Assembly: GCA_002189035.1 (NCBI GenBank) | Contig: NEEC01000018.1 | Location: 1,054,001-1,118,000, forward strand | Direction of reading: 5' to 3' | Source of the DNA: Utricularia gibba | Lineage: Eukaryota > Plantae > Magnoliophyta | DNA: 64,000 bases | In this document: positions 1 through 11,979 of the stretch, piece by piece | Position numbering within the stretch: the stretch's first letter is position 1 | Layout of the letters: the number at the start of each line of letters is the position of its first letter | Notes under the pieces: generated by a model | Told to the model about the DNA's origin: nothing | Seen by the model: only the letters and a program-made list of their open reading frames with translations | Databases searched by the model: none | Position numbers and translations under genes: made by a program

Positions 1-572
1 TCCGAACCCTCTGAGACATTGTACACTAAATTTTTGGAACATTGGGAATTCTGGGAAAGGCAGATCGTTTCCTTCACATCACCGCCCTGATCATCAGAGC
101 TACCGGGGTTTGAACCGTTTGATTCCGGTGAATGCATGTTCAGATACTCCGAAATCATATTAAATTCTTCCCCTCCGGAAACATAATTCAGAACCCCAGC
201 ACCATCCCCCATCTCATCACCGAAAACATCGCAGCCTACACCAATATGCTGTATCTCCGAAGACGTCGATTTGAATACAGCAAGCATCTGGTCCGACGTC
301 AAAGCCAAATCAGGGAAACCACGACCCCTATCAGCCTGGAAATCAAATTGGCACTGCCCATCAGGAGAAAGAAGACTCACCATTTCACCGGGCAAAGGAA
401 GTGAGATATCATCGAAGCAGAAATCGAAATCAAGGTCATCCAAAACGACGCCGTTGATCAGATCACTCGAATCAATGCCAGTGCCACCATCACTTCCGCC
501 GTCTCGTGTACCGTCCAACTGCTGAGTAACCAGACCCGATTCCGACTCCGGTGGGTCAACGGCGGAGGTCAT
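1..572 (-). CDS. 5' part of an ER membrane-tethered bZIP TF (bZIP17/bZIP28-like); runs off the window edge
   Basis: Open frame from ATG at 572 to base 1 (190 codons, not in the ORF track): MTSAVDPPESESG...LDDLDFDFCFDDISLPLPGE...LNMHSPESNGSNPGSS. The acidic DFDFxFDD+LP segment resembles the bZIP17/28 N-terminus. The bZIP domain lies outside the window. The MYBC1/MED26/SCAB neighbourhood fits recalled Arabidopsis synteny. Confidence 0.55.
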   Translation of the reverse strand, partial: MTSAVDPPESESGLVTQQLDGTRDGGSDGGTGIDSSDLINGVVLDDLDFDFCFDDISLPLPGEMVSLLSPDGQCQFDFQADRGRGFPDLALTSDQMLAVFKSTSSEIQHIGVGCDVFGDEMGDGAGVLNYVSGGEEFNMISEYLNMHSPESNGSNPGSSDDQGGDVKETICLSQNSQCSKNLVYNVSEGS

Positions 573-650
573 TGCTTCCCTTGTGAACCCCGCAACCAAA
601 AATGGTCGGTAATAGCGAGTGGAGTTTGAACAAGGTCTCCGACAATTAGG

Positions 651-906
651 CTCCGCGCGTCGGCAAGTGAACTCCACGCGTATTCCATTTAATTTTTGAA
701 AAATCCCCCAATATTTATTTATTCATGGGGGCGCTTTCATTCAGATTCTGTATCGTCTAACGAACCAATTAAGAAGGGCAGGTTCACTAATTAAACATGC
801 TTAAGACGACTAATCCTGTCGGATCCCCAATTAATTGACATTTAATTTAACCAAGCACGTGACGCATGTGCGGCGAAGAGCGTGGAGCGCGTCATGCTTC
901 ACGCGC
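651..906. promoter_or_regulatory. CGCG-box (CAMTA-type) and G-box cluster upstream of the bZIP gene
   Basis: CCGCGCGT 653-660, ACGCGT 676-681, CACGTG 856-861 overlapping TGACG, GCGCGT 887-892 and ACGCGC 901-906, all in otherwise AT-rich DNA. Confidence 0.45.
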
Positions 907-977
907 TATCCAAAGATTATCCACAAGTTTCCCTTGTCAATTTGTAGTTTGCGTGTAAACTATTCAATTGTCTAAAT

Positions 978-1190
978 TATTTTTTTATTCCATTTTTGTT
1001 CCATGTGTAGTATTTTTAATTTTTTTTCTTTATAATGTATATCCATATACGATTTTAATTTTATTATTTAAAAAATGATAAATAAAATTATATTTATTTT
1101 TTATTCCGTTTTTGTTCCATGTGTTGTAATTTTAATTTTTTTTCTGTACAATGTATATCCATATACGATTTTAATTTTATTATTTAAAAA
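978..1190. repeat. Two-copy tandem duplication, period 116 bp
   Basis: The 40-mer atgtatatccatatacgattttaattttattatttaaaaa is identical at 1035-1074 and 1151-1190; upstream flanks are similar. Confidence 0.85.
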
Positions 1191-2586
1191 GTAAAAATTA
1201 AAATTCTTTTGAAATTCTAGATGTCTACATTCTTAGTATCTGTTTGATATACCTTTTGTTTATGTAAAAACGTTTCAAAAATAGTTTTATTATCAAATAC
1301 GATTCATTTTTATTTCAAAGAAGTTATAAAACTATATTAAAAAATACTTAGGCTCTACGTAATTCAATTTCTTGAAAATCATTTTTTGAGAATTAATTCT
1401 AATAAATAAAAAAATATTAAAGACTCGTGGGCTGCGAATGGATCCAACCAGGAGAACTGGATCCGGCCCAGATCCGGATACCAAACTGACTCCGAGTACG
1501 GACCCGGTATCCTTCCAACCGTACCAATTATTTGAGAATTTAATAAATATGTTACCACAAAACATTATGGTTTTTTTTAATTATTGAAACTAGGAAAGGA
1601 AGGCACCCTCACAACTACCTCTTTCTTTTAAAAAAAAAAGCCCTAATTCAAAATTTGAATAAAATCTAGGGAAAAAAGAGAGGAATAAATTATTAATATT
1701 ATTATTATAGCTGATTATTTTATTCTTAGATACTCAAATTCTAAGGGCTACGGCTGGCCTTAGGCCTGGGCCAGTCTGTGCCTCATAGAGGAAAACAATG
1801 CTTCAATTATTGCGCTTGCTGAACACGCCCATAATTCATTCCTAACATTACAACATACGATAAGATGTGTTCTGTTACCTGAGAGAAGCAAAGCAGAGGA
1901 TCAATCAAATCTGAGTCAGAGAGAAAAAGAGTTGCAATGTTGATCAAAATGAGTTTTAGTAATAATGATGGTGTGTGTTTATGGGATTTGATTTTCATGG
2001 TAACTCACAATAGTTGCAGAGGATGGCAGGGAGGGGGGGGGAGGGGGGAAGAAAGAAACAATTTAGATGTGGTCACTGGGATGGCAGGGAGGGGGTGAAG
2101 TGCAGAAGGCGCTGTCAAAAACTTACAGCCAAACAACATGTGAAACTGAAGAGGAAGATCCAAAAACTCCATCATCAAAACAGCCAAAATGATTGGGACA
2201 ACATCAGATGGAATTACCATTTGTTACAGAGCAATCACACGGAATGAAGCAAGTCTCACTACTGGTAACACAGGAGAAACTTAACTCGGCCTTCTTTACT
2301 TGTTCCAGTCTGCGGCTGGCTGGCTTACTGGTGTTGTGAGCTGAGGGGATTGGATGGGATGGGATCATGTGATGTAACTACAGTTTGGAAGCTGAACTGC
2401 ACAGCTTCTGAAGTGAACAAGTAGTTGATCTGGATGGTGAAGCAACGGATCATGATGGTGAGGGGGAAGGGAAGGGACTAAAAGTTAATCATCCCCTGAA
2501 ATGAGACGAAGGAGGTGTGGGGAAGAGGATGGTTGTGAATTTCACTTCGCCGTGATTCTGGAAAAAAAGAGGAGCAGCTTTTGTCA

Positions 2587-3483
2587 TCATAAACTCAAAT
2601 CATCCCCTGTCGGAAAAAGGGTAAGAGCTTTTCTTGGAGTTGCCGATTCCAAATCCTCCACGTACGGCGGTGGCAGCAGGGAGGGACCGTTCCCATTATG
2701 CACCGGCGTGGACAACCTCTGGATTTGTGCTTGTGATTGTCTTAAAAACGGATGCTCGAACTGCACATTAGGAGGGGAGCTTCCAAACTGACGAAAGTGG
2801 AGCGGCGTAGCTGCTGCGGGCGACGACGCTGGCACCACCCCTATTTGACGGTGGTGCTGGTGCGGCGGAACTGGCACAAACGGCAAGTAGTGGTCGGAAT
2901 TCCCTCGGCCAGGGTGCAGAAAATGTGGCGGAACTGGTGAGCTAGCGAACAAATGGTCCGTTGCAGGGTCCATCCCCACCGCAGCGAGAGCTACTGCAGA
3001 GTTACCGGCACCGCCGCCGCCGCCGCCGCTGTTGGAAATCCCCTGCATCCTTTTCAAATAAAGCCTATACTTCTGCAGATGACTTGCGACATTTTCTCTA
3101 GTAAGCCCATCGACGCTCATGAGTTGCATAATCGTTTTGGGGACAGCATTCTTGATACCCAAATGAGCTACGGCATCAACAAATCTCTTGTGAAGCTGAG
3201 GAGTCCAAACCAGGCGAGGCCGTTTCAGGGTCCTCGCCGGCTCGTCGGACCCAGACCCACCACTGGGTCCTCCACCCGCCTCCGGGGACTCAAACTCCGC
3301 CGAAGAGTTGGGCTGAGGCAAACGAGGCGGCGGCGGAAGCTGCGGCGCGTGATGGGGGGTCGTAATGTTGAAAGCCAATGCTATATCAGGAGTTATTAGG
3401 GATTGGGATAAAGGTATAAGATCCTCCGGCGACGGCAATTCATCTTCCCATTTTGAAAACCAATTCGAATCCTCTTCTCTCAT
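2587..3483 (-). CDS. MYBC1: GARP (G2-like MYB) transcription factor, MYBC1-like (PCL1/LUX-related clade), intronless, 298 aa
   Basis: True start [22 protein letters not shown] at 3483. GARP domain [21 protein letters not shown]...[18 protein letters not shown]-terminal [10 protein letters not shown]. The N- and C-termini match MYBC1-type proteins rather than LUX proper. Confidence 0.9.
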   Translation of the reverse strand: MREEDSNWFSKWEDELPSPEDLIPLSQSLITPDIALAFNITTPHHAPQLPPPPRLPQPNSSAEFESPEAGGGPSGGSGSDEPARTLKRPRLVWTPQLHKRFVDAVAHLGIKNAVPKTIMQLMSVDGLTRENVASHLQKYRLYLKRMQGISNSGGGGGGAGNSAVALAAVGMDPATDHLFASSPVPPHFLHPGRGNSDHYLPFVPVPPHQHHRQIGVVPASSPAAATPLHFRQFGSSPPNVQFEHPFLRQSQAQIQRLSTPVHNGNGPSLLPPPYVEDLESATPRKALTLFPTGDDLSL

Positions 3484-4373
3484 CTTTCTCTCCACCCGGA
3501 TATACCACTGCGATGCGACAAAATCGCCCAACAAAAACAAACCTTTTTTGCTCCTCCGCACCAAGAACAACCAACACCACAAGCCCTCCCTCTCCGTGTA
3601 TCATAAAATCACCATGCCTGTGACCCCAAAAGACAAAAACAGAGAAGACCCATAAAATCTACGGCGATTGTCGGCCTCAATCAAGAAGAAGAAGAATACC
3701 CAGATGGGGCTGCAGAAAAAGAGACATAGTTTTTCGTGGAAGAAGCAAAGAAAAGAAAGGAGGGAGGGGTGATCGAGGTGGATCTCGGTTTTCTTCTTTT
3801 TCTATACTTTTTCCTCAGCTCATCTCAAAAAACAACAACCAAGGCTCCTCCTAAACTAAAAAAGCCATCATTGAATGAATTCTTATCGTATGCGCGCAAC
3901 TGTGCGTGCTTTTAGTTCTCCTGTAGTTAAAGATTCTCACTTTCCCTGGGATTTACCTGCCCATTTTTCCTTTTCTTTCCAGATTCCATAAAAGCCTCCC
4001 TCCCTCCATCTCCTTCACACCCCACAACAAAATTCAAAAAACAAAAAGCCTCCTTTTTCTCCCAGAACAAAAAAATGCCCACTCCCCATAAAACCAACTC
4101 ATCTCCAAAAAAGCAATTGTGCTTCTTTCCAAGAGGCTACTATCATTGGTTCCAAACTGATGCTATGATACTCAATGGGTTGAAGAGTAGTAATTGCCAT
4201 GTGCCGGGACCTCTCTAATGCTGTAACTGCAGCAGCACTGCACCAGTGAAAAATGGGGAAAAGGGTGGTGGTTAAAATCAATTCCCAGAGACCTAGGAGT
4301 TTGATTGTTGGTCGTGTGTGGGCGAGCAACTGAAAAAACTACCGCTTTGGTTAAAACGGCAATCATTAATGTT

Positions 4374-4515
4374 AAAATATCTTTTTACCGCTCTGAGGGT
4401 GAGTAATTTTTTAAAGCGTGTGGGGGCAAAGAATCAGGGTGCCCCGATACGCTACCATTTTATCAGCCTATCGTTTACCTGGGGGTAAATCCCCTCCCCC
4501 TTCCTTGTACACGTG
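4374..4515. promoter_or_regulatory. Evening element, LUX-binding-site-like motif and G-box upstream of the MYBC1-like gene
   Basis: AAAATATCT 4374-4382, GATACG 4446-4451 and CACGTG 4510-4515, about 0.9-1.0 kb upstream of the ATG. Confidence 0.4.
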
Positions 4516-6823
4516 TCATAATACATCATTAAATCTGGTATATATGAATATATTTTTTTTAAAATAATAATAATTGTGTCCTCCATAATAAAAATAATTA
4601 AATTCAATTGAATAACTGCTTTGTTACTCATATAAAAGTAATAAAATAAAGTATCGTTTTAAACATTACAAGAAAAATGTTATAAAACTGATTTTATTAT
4701 TAAATACCAACGTCTTACGTTTGAAAAAAAAATCGAAACTTATGATATGTATGAAATAGTTTAGTTTCTCAAAAAATAATTATAAAAATAGTTTTATTAT
4801 CAAATATGAATGATTACATAAATCTAGAATCAATTCGTATCTAGTAAATTGAAAAGACTAAGATATTTATTTTATCATAGTCTTTTTTTTTCACAAAAAA
4901 TATTTTTTGGGAAGTAGAATCAAACATAATTTTAAAAATATTTTTTTATTTTTAAGACGATAGGGACTTTCAATTTTTATTTTATTAAAATTGTTTTTTT
5001 TTCTGAAAAGTGCAATTGAATAAATAAAGCCAGCATATCTCAAATATATGTTACATATTATGATGGTCCAATCCTTATTTTAGGTTTTAAAGAATAATGT
5101 CTATTTAAATAGTTATGTAACCGATGTGGGATAGATACAGGTTATTCCAAGGTAAATTTTACACGAATTTTATATTAACAAAATACAAGGATGCTACATC
5201 AAAACGGTGCCGTCTTTGCCCGATCTCACCGTTACTCGTGCTGGAACATGAATCGGGGTGGGGGTGCCCAAAATGCATGACTCATGAGAAAGACGGGATG
5301 GTGCCAAGTGCAACTCATGCGTATTGGGTGCAAAATTTTCAATTCCGGCGCAATTCCGTCGGAATTACGTGTTTTTCCAGTCATATTGATCAAAATAGAA
5401 AAGATATTATACTCAATATATTAATTTTATGAGAATTAGTTTTTAAGAATTGCTTTAATTTTATAATAAACATAAGATCGTAATTTCTATATAAGAATTA
5501 ATTTTTTACAAGCAATTCTAAGATTAAAATTGCAGTTATACTCATTTTTATATATCATCATAATGAATACTATTATAAATATTTGAGTTATTTTAATTTT
5601 TAAATTAACTTAAATAAGATAAAATATATAATACAAATGATATATAAAACATAATTTATAAATTCATAAAATATAATTATTAAATATATCATTTACTTAT
5701 TAAAATAAATTATTATTATTTTACAACTTAAATATGAATTTATTCTATAATAATTGTTTTAAAAAACAATTTCAAAATTTCGTATTTTGGGGTGAAATAA
5801 GAGAATTCAGAATTTTTTTCGAATTTAAAACCTTGATTGGATACATAGGCTGGAATCCCCAGATAATGTGCATTATTATTTCCGGAATTATGACGCAGCC
5901 AGTGCTGGTTGCGGAGGGCGTGACAGAGAATAATGCGAGTGAGTAGATACGTAAAGTAGATTCTCTTGAAGTGGATGTACATGTTAAGGTGGAGGAGGAG
6001 GAGATAAGGATTCCGGTGGGCGACGAAGCTGGGCCGTTATCGGACCTCCGACGAGGCCGACGGAATCGTACGTCTCCGATTGGAATGAATCTTGTACAAC
6101 TGTGCTGTGAGTACAACGTTTTGCATGTGCAACGCCAAGTAGAGTATATATTCTTTATTAAAATGATTAATTTTATTAGATTTAATATATATTATTACTT
6201 TTACTTTTGATAAATAAATTATTATAAAGTGTTTTTGGGATTCAAGAATTCATGGTGTATAATTGAAATTGAATTCAACTTATTATTTGATTTATTTATA
6301 ATTTTGGAGGATGGAATTATCTTTAAAATAGATTCAATAATATTCAATTTATTGTAAAAGTATAATAAAAATAATTTTTAAAATTTCAGGATTTTTTTAA
6401 TTTTTTTATCAAAATCATTGAATCAAATTAAAAAAACATATGGTTGACTTAAATGAAATAGAAGATACAATTTTGTGTGTTAAAAAAAGAAAGAATATTG
6501 ACGTCATAAATAGGGGGAGACCGGGGGAAGTCATAACGTCTGAGACGAAGGGCGACACCTGCGCACCCGACTCCGCACGGACGTATCCGCGACCAGACAT
6601 TTCACAGTCTCGATTTCCTGTTGGGAGGACGGTCAAACTGTTCTCTCCGACACGGATACGGACGTTGACCCCAAATCCCTCGACACGTTTTTCCACCATC
6701 TCCATCAGGCTGAAACAGTGAAGTTTCCACCGCCCCCACAATTTCAGACGATAAACACACAACAGGGGGTTGAGACTTAACTCCTGTCTCGTGAGAAAAT
6801 GGGGTGCCATTGACATGGAGTTT

Positions 6824-8348
6824 TCAAGTACGACTCACCCATCTTTCGAGGTAACATCGATGTTAATGGGAGCTCGTTGATGGCCGGAAATTGGCGCTGG
6901 TTATCGGAGAGGTGGTGTAGAAGGGACAGGGCGATGCACAGCATTCTTATCCTGCACGTTCATGTAAAATGGCAGCTTTAATATGAGTTGTTCTAAGATT
7001 TCGTGGGCTCATGAAGGAAGAGTTGGGATGGAAAGATGTATGACTCAATGAAGATGAAAGCTCGGAACCTGATGAATCATCGGTTGGATTTGGATGAACG
7101 AATCTCTGATACCTGGAAGATGGCGTCTCATACATTTGATCACTACTGGGTTGTACTTAAATTCCAGCTTCCATGTGTTCTATTTTGATAGCAGAAGCCG
7201 ATGGTTTCTCCTGATGACAAACAAACAAACAAACAAGAAAGTACATTAAGGAGGGTGACTAAGATAGTGCAGAGCGAGATACATCAGCACAAGTGCAGCC
7301 TTCAGGTAAACGAGATAGCTAGTGGATTGAAATGGAATATATCTTTATGATCTTCTCTGTTTGGCAGCCCAGTGTAAAGAAGCGGACCAAAACATTTAAC
7401 CACAGTTGTTCATAGTTAGCCAAGGAGGTGAAGCTGAAATGAGAGGGCGTGGTTTTGCAGAGAGAAATGAAGGCACTAATGATGTTACACTGTCTTAGTA
7501 GCGAAGGATCATGAAAAGATGAATGCTATGTTTTCAGAAGCATAAAGTGTTCCAAACTTTATGAAACTTTTGGAAGCATCAGTTCTTTTATTCCCCTAAA
7601 CCCATGCAATTCATGAGTATTGGAAGGCACAAACGAGATCTTGTATATGCAGAATCTAGGAATAAAGAGACAAAGAATAGCTTAAACTCCCTGTGAACAG
7701 AGAATTCCCTTACACAGGAATTAATAGATAGAGAGCTGTGGCACAGCGTAGCTTTCGCTTCACCAGCCCTTATACCTGAAAATTCAAACCCACCTCCATC
7801 TGATATGGAACTCAAAAGGGAGCTGCAAACATGCTATTTCAATGAATTTAGTTGGATGTCATAGAATGAAATGGATCTATTCTTATTACCACCAATGATA
7901 GAATGAATGTAATCAAGAACGATGACCCCATAAAAAGGATGGTTACGGAAAATGAGATATACTTGCTCCAGAAGGAGAGGATAACAGAAAACAAAACATA
8001 CAATTCAGGCTCTGACGCAAAATCACTTCTGCATATCGTAGTTATCGACGTTTTTCACAAAGAAAGCTCATCAAATGACTTAAAATTGCTCCCTGCCGAA
8101 ACATATAAATTACCCAACTTGCAGACTCGCATTATGGAGCTACATAAAACTAATGGAAAAATCAAAGAAAAAATTTCCCAGAACATAACCATAGAGAAGC
8201 ATGGCGGACCCCGAAAGCCAATCCCCTGGTTTCCACACCTTATCAGGCTACAGCAGCAGCAGTGTTTGAGCGGTGAGAATCTAGCCGAAACCCCATCATA
8301 CGCAAAAGGGGCTATGGAACAGCAGACGAAACCTCGGAATTGACTCAT
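6824..8348. other. Unassigned spliced-looking locus (possible orphan gene, pseudogene or lncRNA)
   Basis: GC content is gene-like, with GT/AG signals on both strands. A Cys-rich, transit-peptide-like ORF starts at 8348 (-). A plus-strand exon-like block QKPMVSPDD...HKCSLQ ends in CAG|gtaaac. No recognisable family and no stop-free model could be built. Confidence 0.2.
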
Positions 8349-8660
8349 TGATTAATGATCGAACCGATCGGAATCCAGGAGTTCTGTAGGCGTTCTCCTA
8401 CAAGTAACAAAATGTAGCCCAACGGGCAAAAAAATGTCCAGTTCTCTCTTCTTCTTTACTCCAGGAAAACAAGCCATAATGTTTGAATTTCGAAAAATGA
8501 AATTTTGAAAAAAAAATGTTCAATTTTGATTATTCTATCTCTAAATTGTGGAATATTTCATTTTATAAAATTTATAGTTGTAATAATACAAAAATATTTG
8601 AAATATTTCATTTTATAATTTCCATGTGATTTGGATGACGTGTATCGTTTCGTGCCGCGC

Positions 8661-8736
8661 TATCCAGATCTGGTACGGAACGGAAAAGGGTAACTTAAAA
8701 ACAAATAAACACTGTATCAAGATCTGGTACGGAACG
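8661..8736. repeat. 22-bp direct repeat (one mismatch), 54 bp apart
   Basis: tatc(c/a)agatctggtacggaacg at 8661-8682 and 8715-8736. Confidence 0.75.
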
Positions 8737-9663
8737 TGGCATTTAATACCTACTCGCCCAATAAACGGGAAATGGGCCAGGTGATGATGGGCGTGCGAAC
8801 GGTGCCTGTGGACAAACTCGCCAGGAAGCTTCCGACATTCATAAAAAGAGAGAAAAAGGTAAAAATAATAGGAAAGAGGTAAAAATAATAATATAATTCA
8901 TAAAATTGATGTAAATGAATTCATTTTTTAAATAGTATTTACTTACTATCTGTTTATGATATTTGATGTGAGTTTGAGTTGAAAAATTGATACTTACTTA
9001 AACGATAAAATTAGATCAATCTATAATACCAACACTATCTACAATAATAATAAAACATAAACTTTAAGGTTAGTTCAAATTGAAGGTGAGTGTTGGAGTA
9101 AATAATTCCATGCCATGAAATTAATATGTTATGATTAAATATATAATAAATTTGTAATTGATTGAATCTAATATTTTTATAAATATGATTTATATTTTGT
9201 ATATATTTAAAATTTATATAATTTGTTCGATCTATCGAATACTTAATTTTAATAATTAATGAGAAACAAGATATCATAACTTGAACTAAAAACATATGAA
9301 AACTAGATCACATTAAGTATTTTGCTTTATTTATATTCCTTTACACTGAATTAAGAGTTTTTAATTATTATTTAATTAAGTTAATTTCTCAGATTTAATT
9401 ACGAATTTGAATTGAACCAGATCTAACATTGAGTTAAAATCACGATTTTAAAACAATTGTTGGTACATAGAATTTCACCAATCCCACACCTCCAAAAGCG
9501 GGTTTTCCCGCTTAACACGATTTCTAGGCACACCAAAAACCTGCCTAAAGGAAAAGCACTCACAACTTTCAAGGACGGAACCAGGAATCAGCTGACCCAA
9601 ACTTCCAGGAGAAACGTGAAAGCATCAAACAACAAACCCAGGAATGGTTAGGCGGAGTTGGTC

Positions 9664-11979
9664 TCAAATCACGGCATCATCATCGGGGCCGGCGAGGACG
9701 ACCTGCGGTGGAGAGCCCAGCTAGTGCGTTGAGTGTGCGTGTGAAAGTGCTGGAGATGGGAGGAGGGGAGCAGCGTGCTTACATTGCTTTCAGAAGCTTG
9801 TTTTCTTGCAAGAATCAGGGCCCCATTTCTCTCTTGCTCGGACTCGAACACCAGCACGAAGCTCTGTCCTTTTCGAGCTTGCCAAAACAATGATTTAGCA
9901 GCAGAGTTGCCTCCTCCTCTGAATCCGCATAGCTGATAAAAGGGAGCATTATTGTAAATGGATTTCTCAGGACGTGAGGTATGTGTAAAACAGATACCTG
10001 CATGGACCCAGAGTACGACTCTCTGGCCTTTGTGATCCATCCTCTGCTAAGCTTTATCTTTGTTTTTCCTATGTGAAACAGGTGCGTCGAGTTGGATGAA
10101 TGGTTCCGTCCATTCATTTGCGAGATTGTCACCTGTAAGATGGTGTTTGTAGATCAGAACCCAGAAGGGAATTCTTTCAAAAACTAGAAAATTTATGCAG
10201 TGAATCCCTACACTGAAGTCAGTGCTTGATCTGCGCTCCAAATAGCTTCCCAAGTCCAAGGCTGTGAACGCACATTTTCACCATGGTGAATATAAAAGCA
10301 CCACAAGAATACAAACAAAAAGCCTTAACCTTGTACAATGGGTCCTGATGTGGTTAGTGTAAACTTCAGGGTGCTGGACAAGATGTCAGCTTGCAGAACT
10401 CGGCCAACATCGATTGGCTCGGGTGCATAAACATGCTTGTTTGCGTCTGGGATTTGTGATGAAGCAGAAATTGAAGTGAGATATGTATATGCAGAGGTTA
10501 GATGGTAATGTCCATACCCCAGATGGCTTCCCTTCTGCTGGAATGAGATGACAAACGGAACCACTGGAATGAACATCTGGAAAGCTCAACAGCTGCATCT
10601 GAATGTGGCTGAATGCGTAGAATTGAACCTAGAGTCAAGGAGCCAATTAGCTCATAAACCGGGATGATGCTTCCATCAAACTTCTTGCACATCTCCAGCT
10701 GTTTAAAGTGAGATTGGGTACTTTAGAATCAGATGCAGTATATGCCATGAGAAATTTATCAAAACTTTCTGTCTGAATTGATGATAAGTAGACCTCATTC
10801 TGAAGCTTAAAAGATGCTGCCCACTTCTCCTTTATTTGATGCCTAAGATCTTTCAGTTCATGTTCCATATCAGCAACCTGTAATGAAGCAACTGGGTTTT
10901 GAAGAAACTGCTGTCAAGACAAAGCAACTGACTCAAAACCTTTTCCTTGCATACCTTCCAAGGCTGGTGCTTCAACTTTATTTTCCTGGCTTCTTGAACC
11001 TCTTCAATCAGTTCCTCCAGTTCCTAAGGTGAAGGAAAGTGCTTTATTCTTTGTTAAAAATCATTTCAGCAGCAGATAAGGCGCTTACCTGCTTCTTCCC
11101 AGAGCACTGGCTACGTTCTTGTTCCTCCAGAGCCTCCCCAATCTTTAGCACAACCGCCCTTGCACTCTCAATCTCGGCACAAGCAAAAGACTTCTCTTGA
11201 TTCACCAATTTTTTGGCATCCTCGGAAGCCTGTTAAATTTCATTCATCGAAAGAAGGTACATTCATTGAAACTTATGAATGGTTGCATATCAGGCAGCTA
11301 AGTCGAAAGTGTAGCAGACCTGCTTAAGAAAGTTCACTAGTTTCTTTACTTCAAACTTCTCCTGAACCAGCTCTCCTTCCTTCTGCGTCAATTTTACAGC
11401 CAAAGCTTCAACCTGAAGAACTTGGAATGGAATAATAAGTTGACAGGATGAGTGCTTGTTAGGTCCCAAATCAAATAGCTTGTTCTAAGTTCCCACCATT
11501 GAAATAGCTTTGTCAATATCCTTTCTGGTATGACCCGGCAACTTTCCCTTCAAACATTCCAATGCATCCCTAAGTTTCTTCAGCTGCAGATATCCATCAA
11601 ACGATGATACCTCCTTGAGCTTGGCCTGGCATGTCTCAGAGTTACACAACACTAAGATTTTCTGTGGAATTTTGAATGCTTTAACAACAGGGGATGATAG
11701 CATCACCTAAACTACCTCCTCCGCTAACTTTGCTGTGGAAGACAGATTCTTCTCGAATTGGCTGGCCAGGTCACGAACAGACAGGCGCTTATGTTGATCT
11801 GCTAAGTGATTTGCTTCTTGTTCCACGACTTCCTTTAGAGGCGGACCCTTGCTGTCTCCATGATTCTCCTCCAACACTTCATTATCAGGTCCTAACTTAT
11901 ACTTGGGGAAATGGTTTGACTCAAAGCTCACATCAAAAGAAACAGCTGAGGCACCCATTTCTGGACTAACTCTCGTCAT
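9664..11979 (-). CDS. SCAB3: Stomatal closure-related actin-binding protein, SCAB2/SCAB3-like, multi-exon
   Basis: Exons spliced by hand with GT-AG and no stops: MTRVSPEMG...FPKYKLGPDN...KRLSVRDLASQFEKNL...LKKLRDAL...ASEDAKKLVNQEKSFACAEIESAR...YAPEPIDVGRVLQADI...TKIKLSRGWITKARE...FESEQERN...VVLAGPDDDAVI*. ATG 11979, TGA 9664-9666. Confidence 0.93.

Noticed and set aside
2587-3582. Calling the GARP gene LUX/PCL1 and using the 331-aa ORF start
   Set aside because: The N-terminus ([17 protein letters not shown]) and C-terminus (LTLFPTG) are MYBC1-type. The first 33 residues of the track ORF are 5'-UTR.
2752-3655. Plus-strand ORFs of 62-148 aa opposite MYBC1
   Set aside because: Antisense shadows of GC-rich coding sequence with no recognisable motifs.
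7417-7426. Partial match to miR169 (TAGCCAAGGA)
   Set aside because: Only 10 nt match and no star strand.
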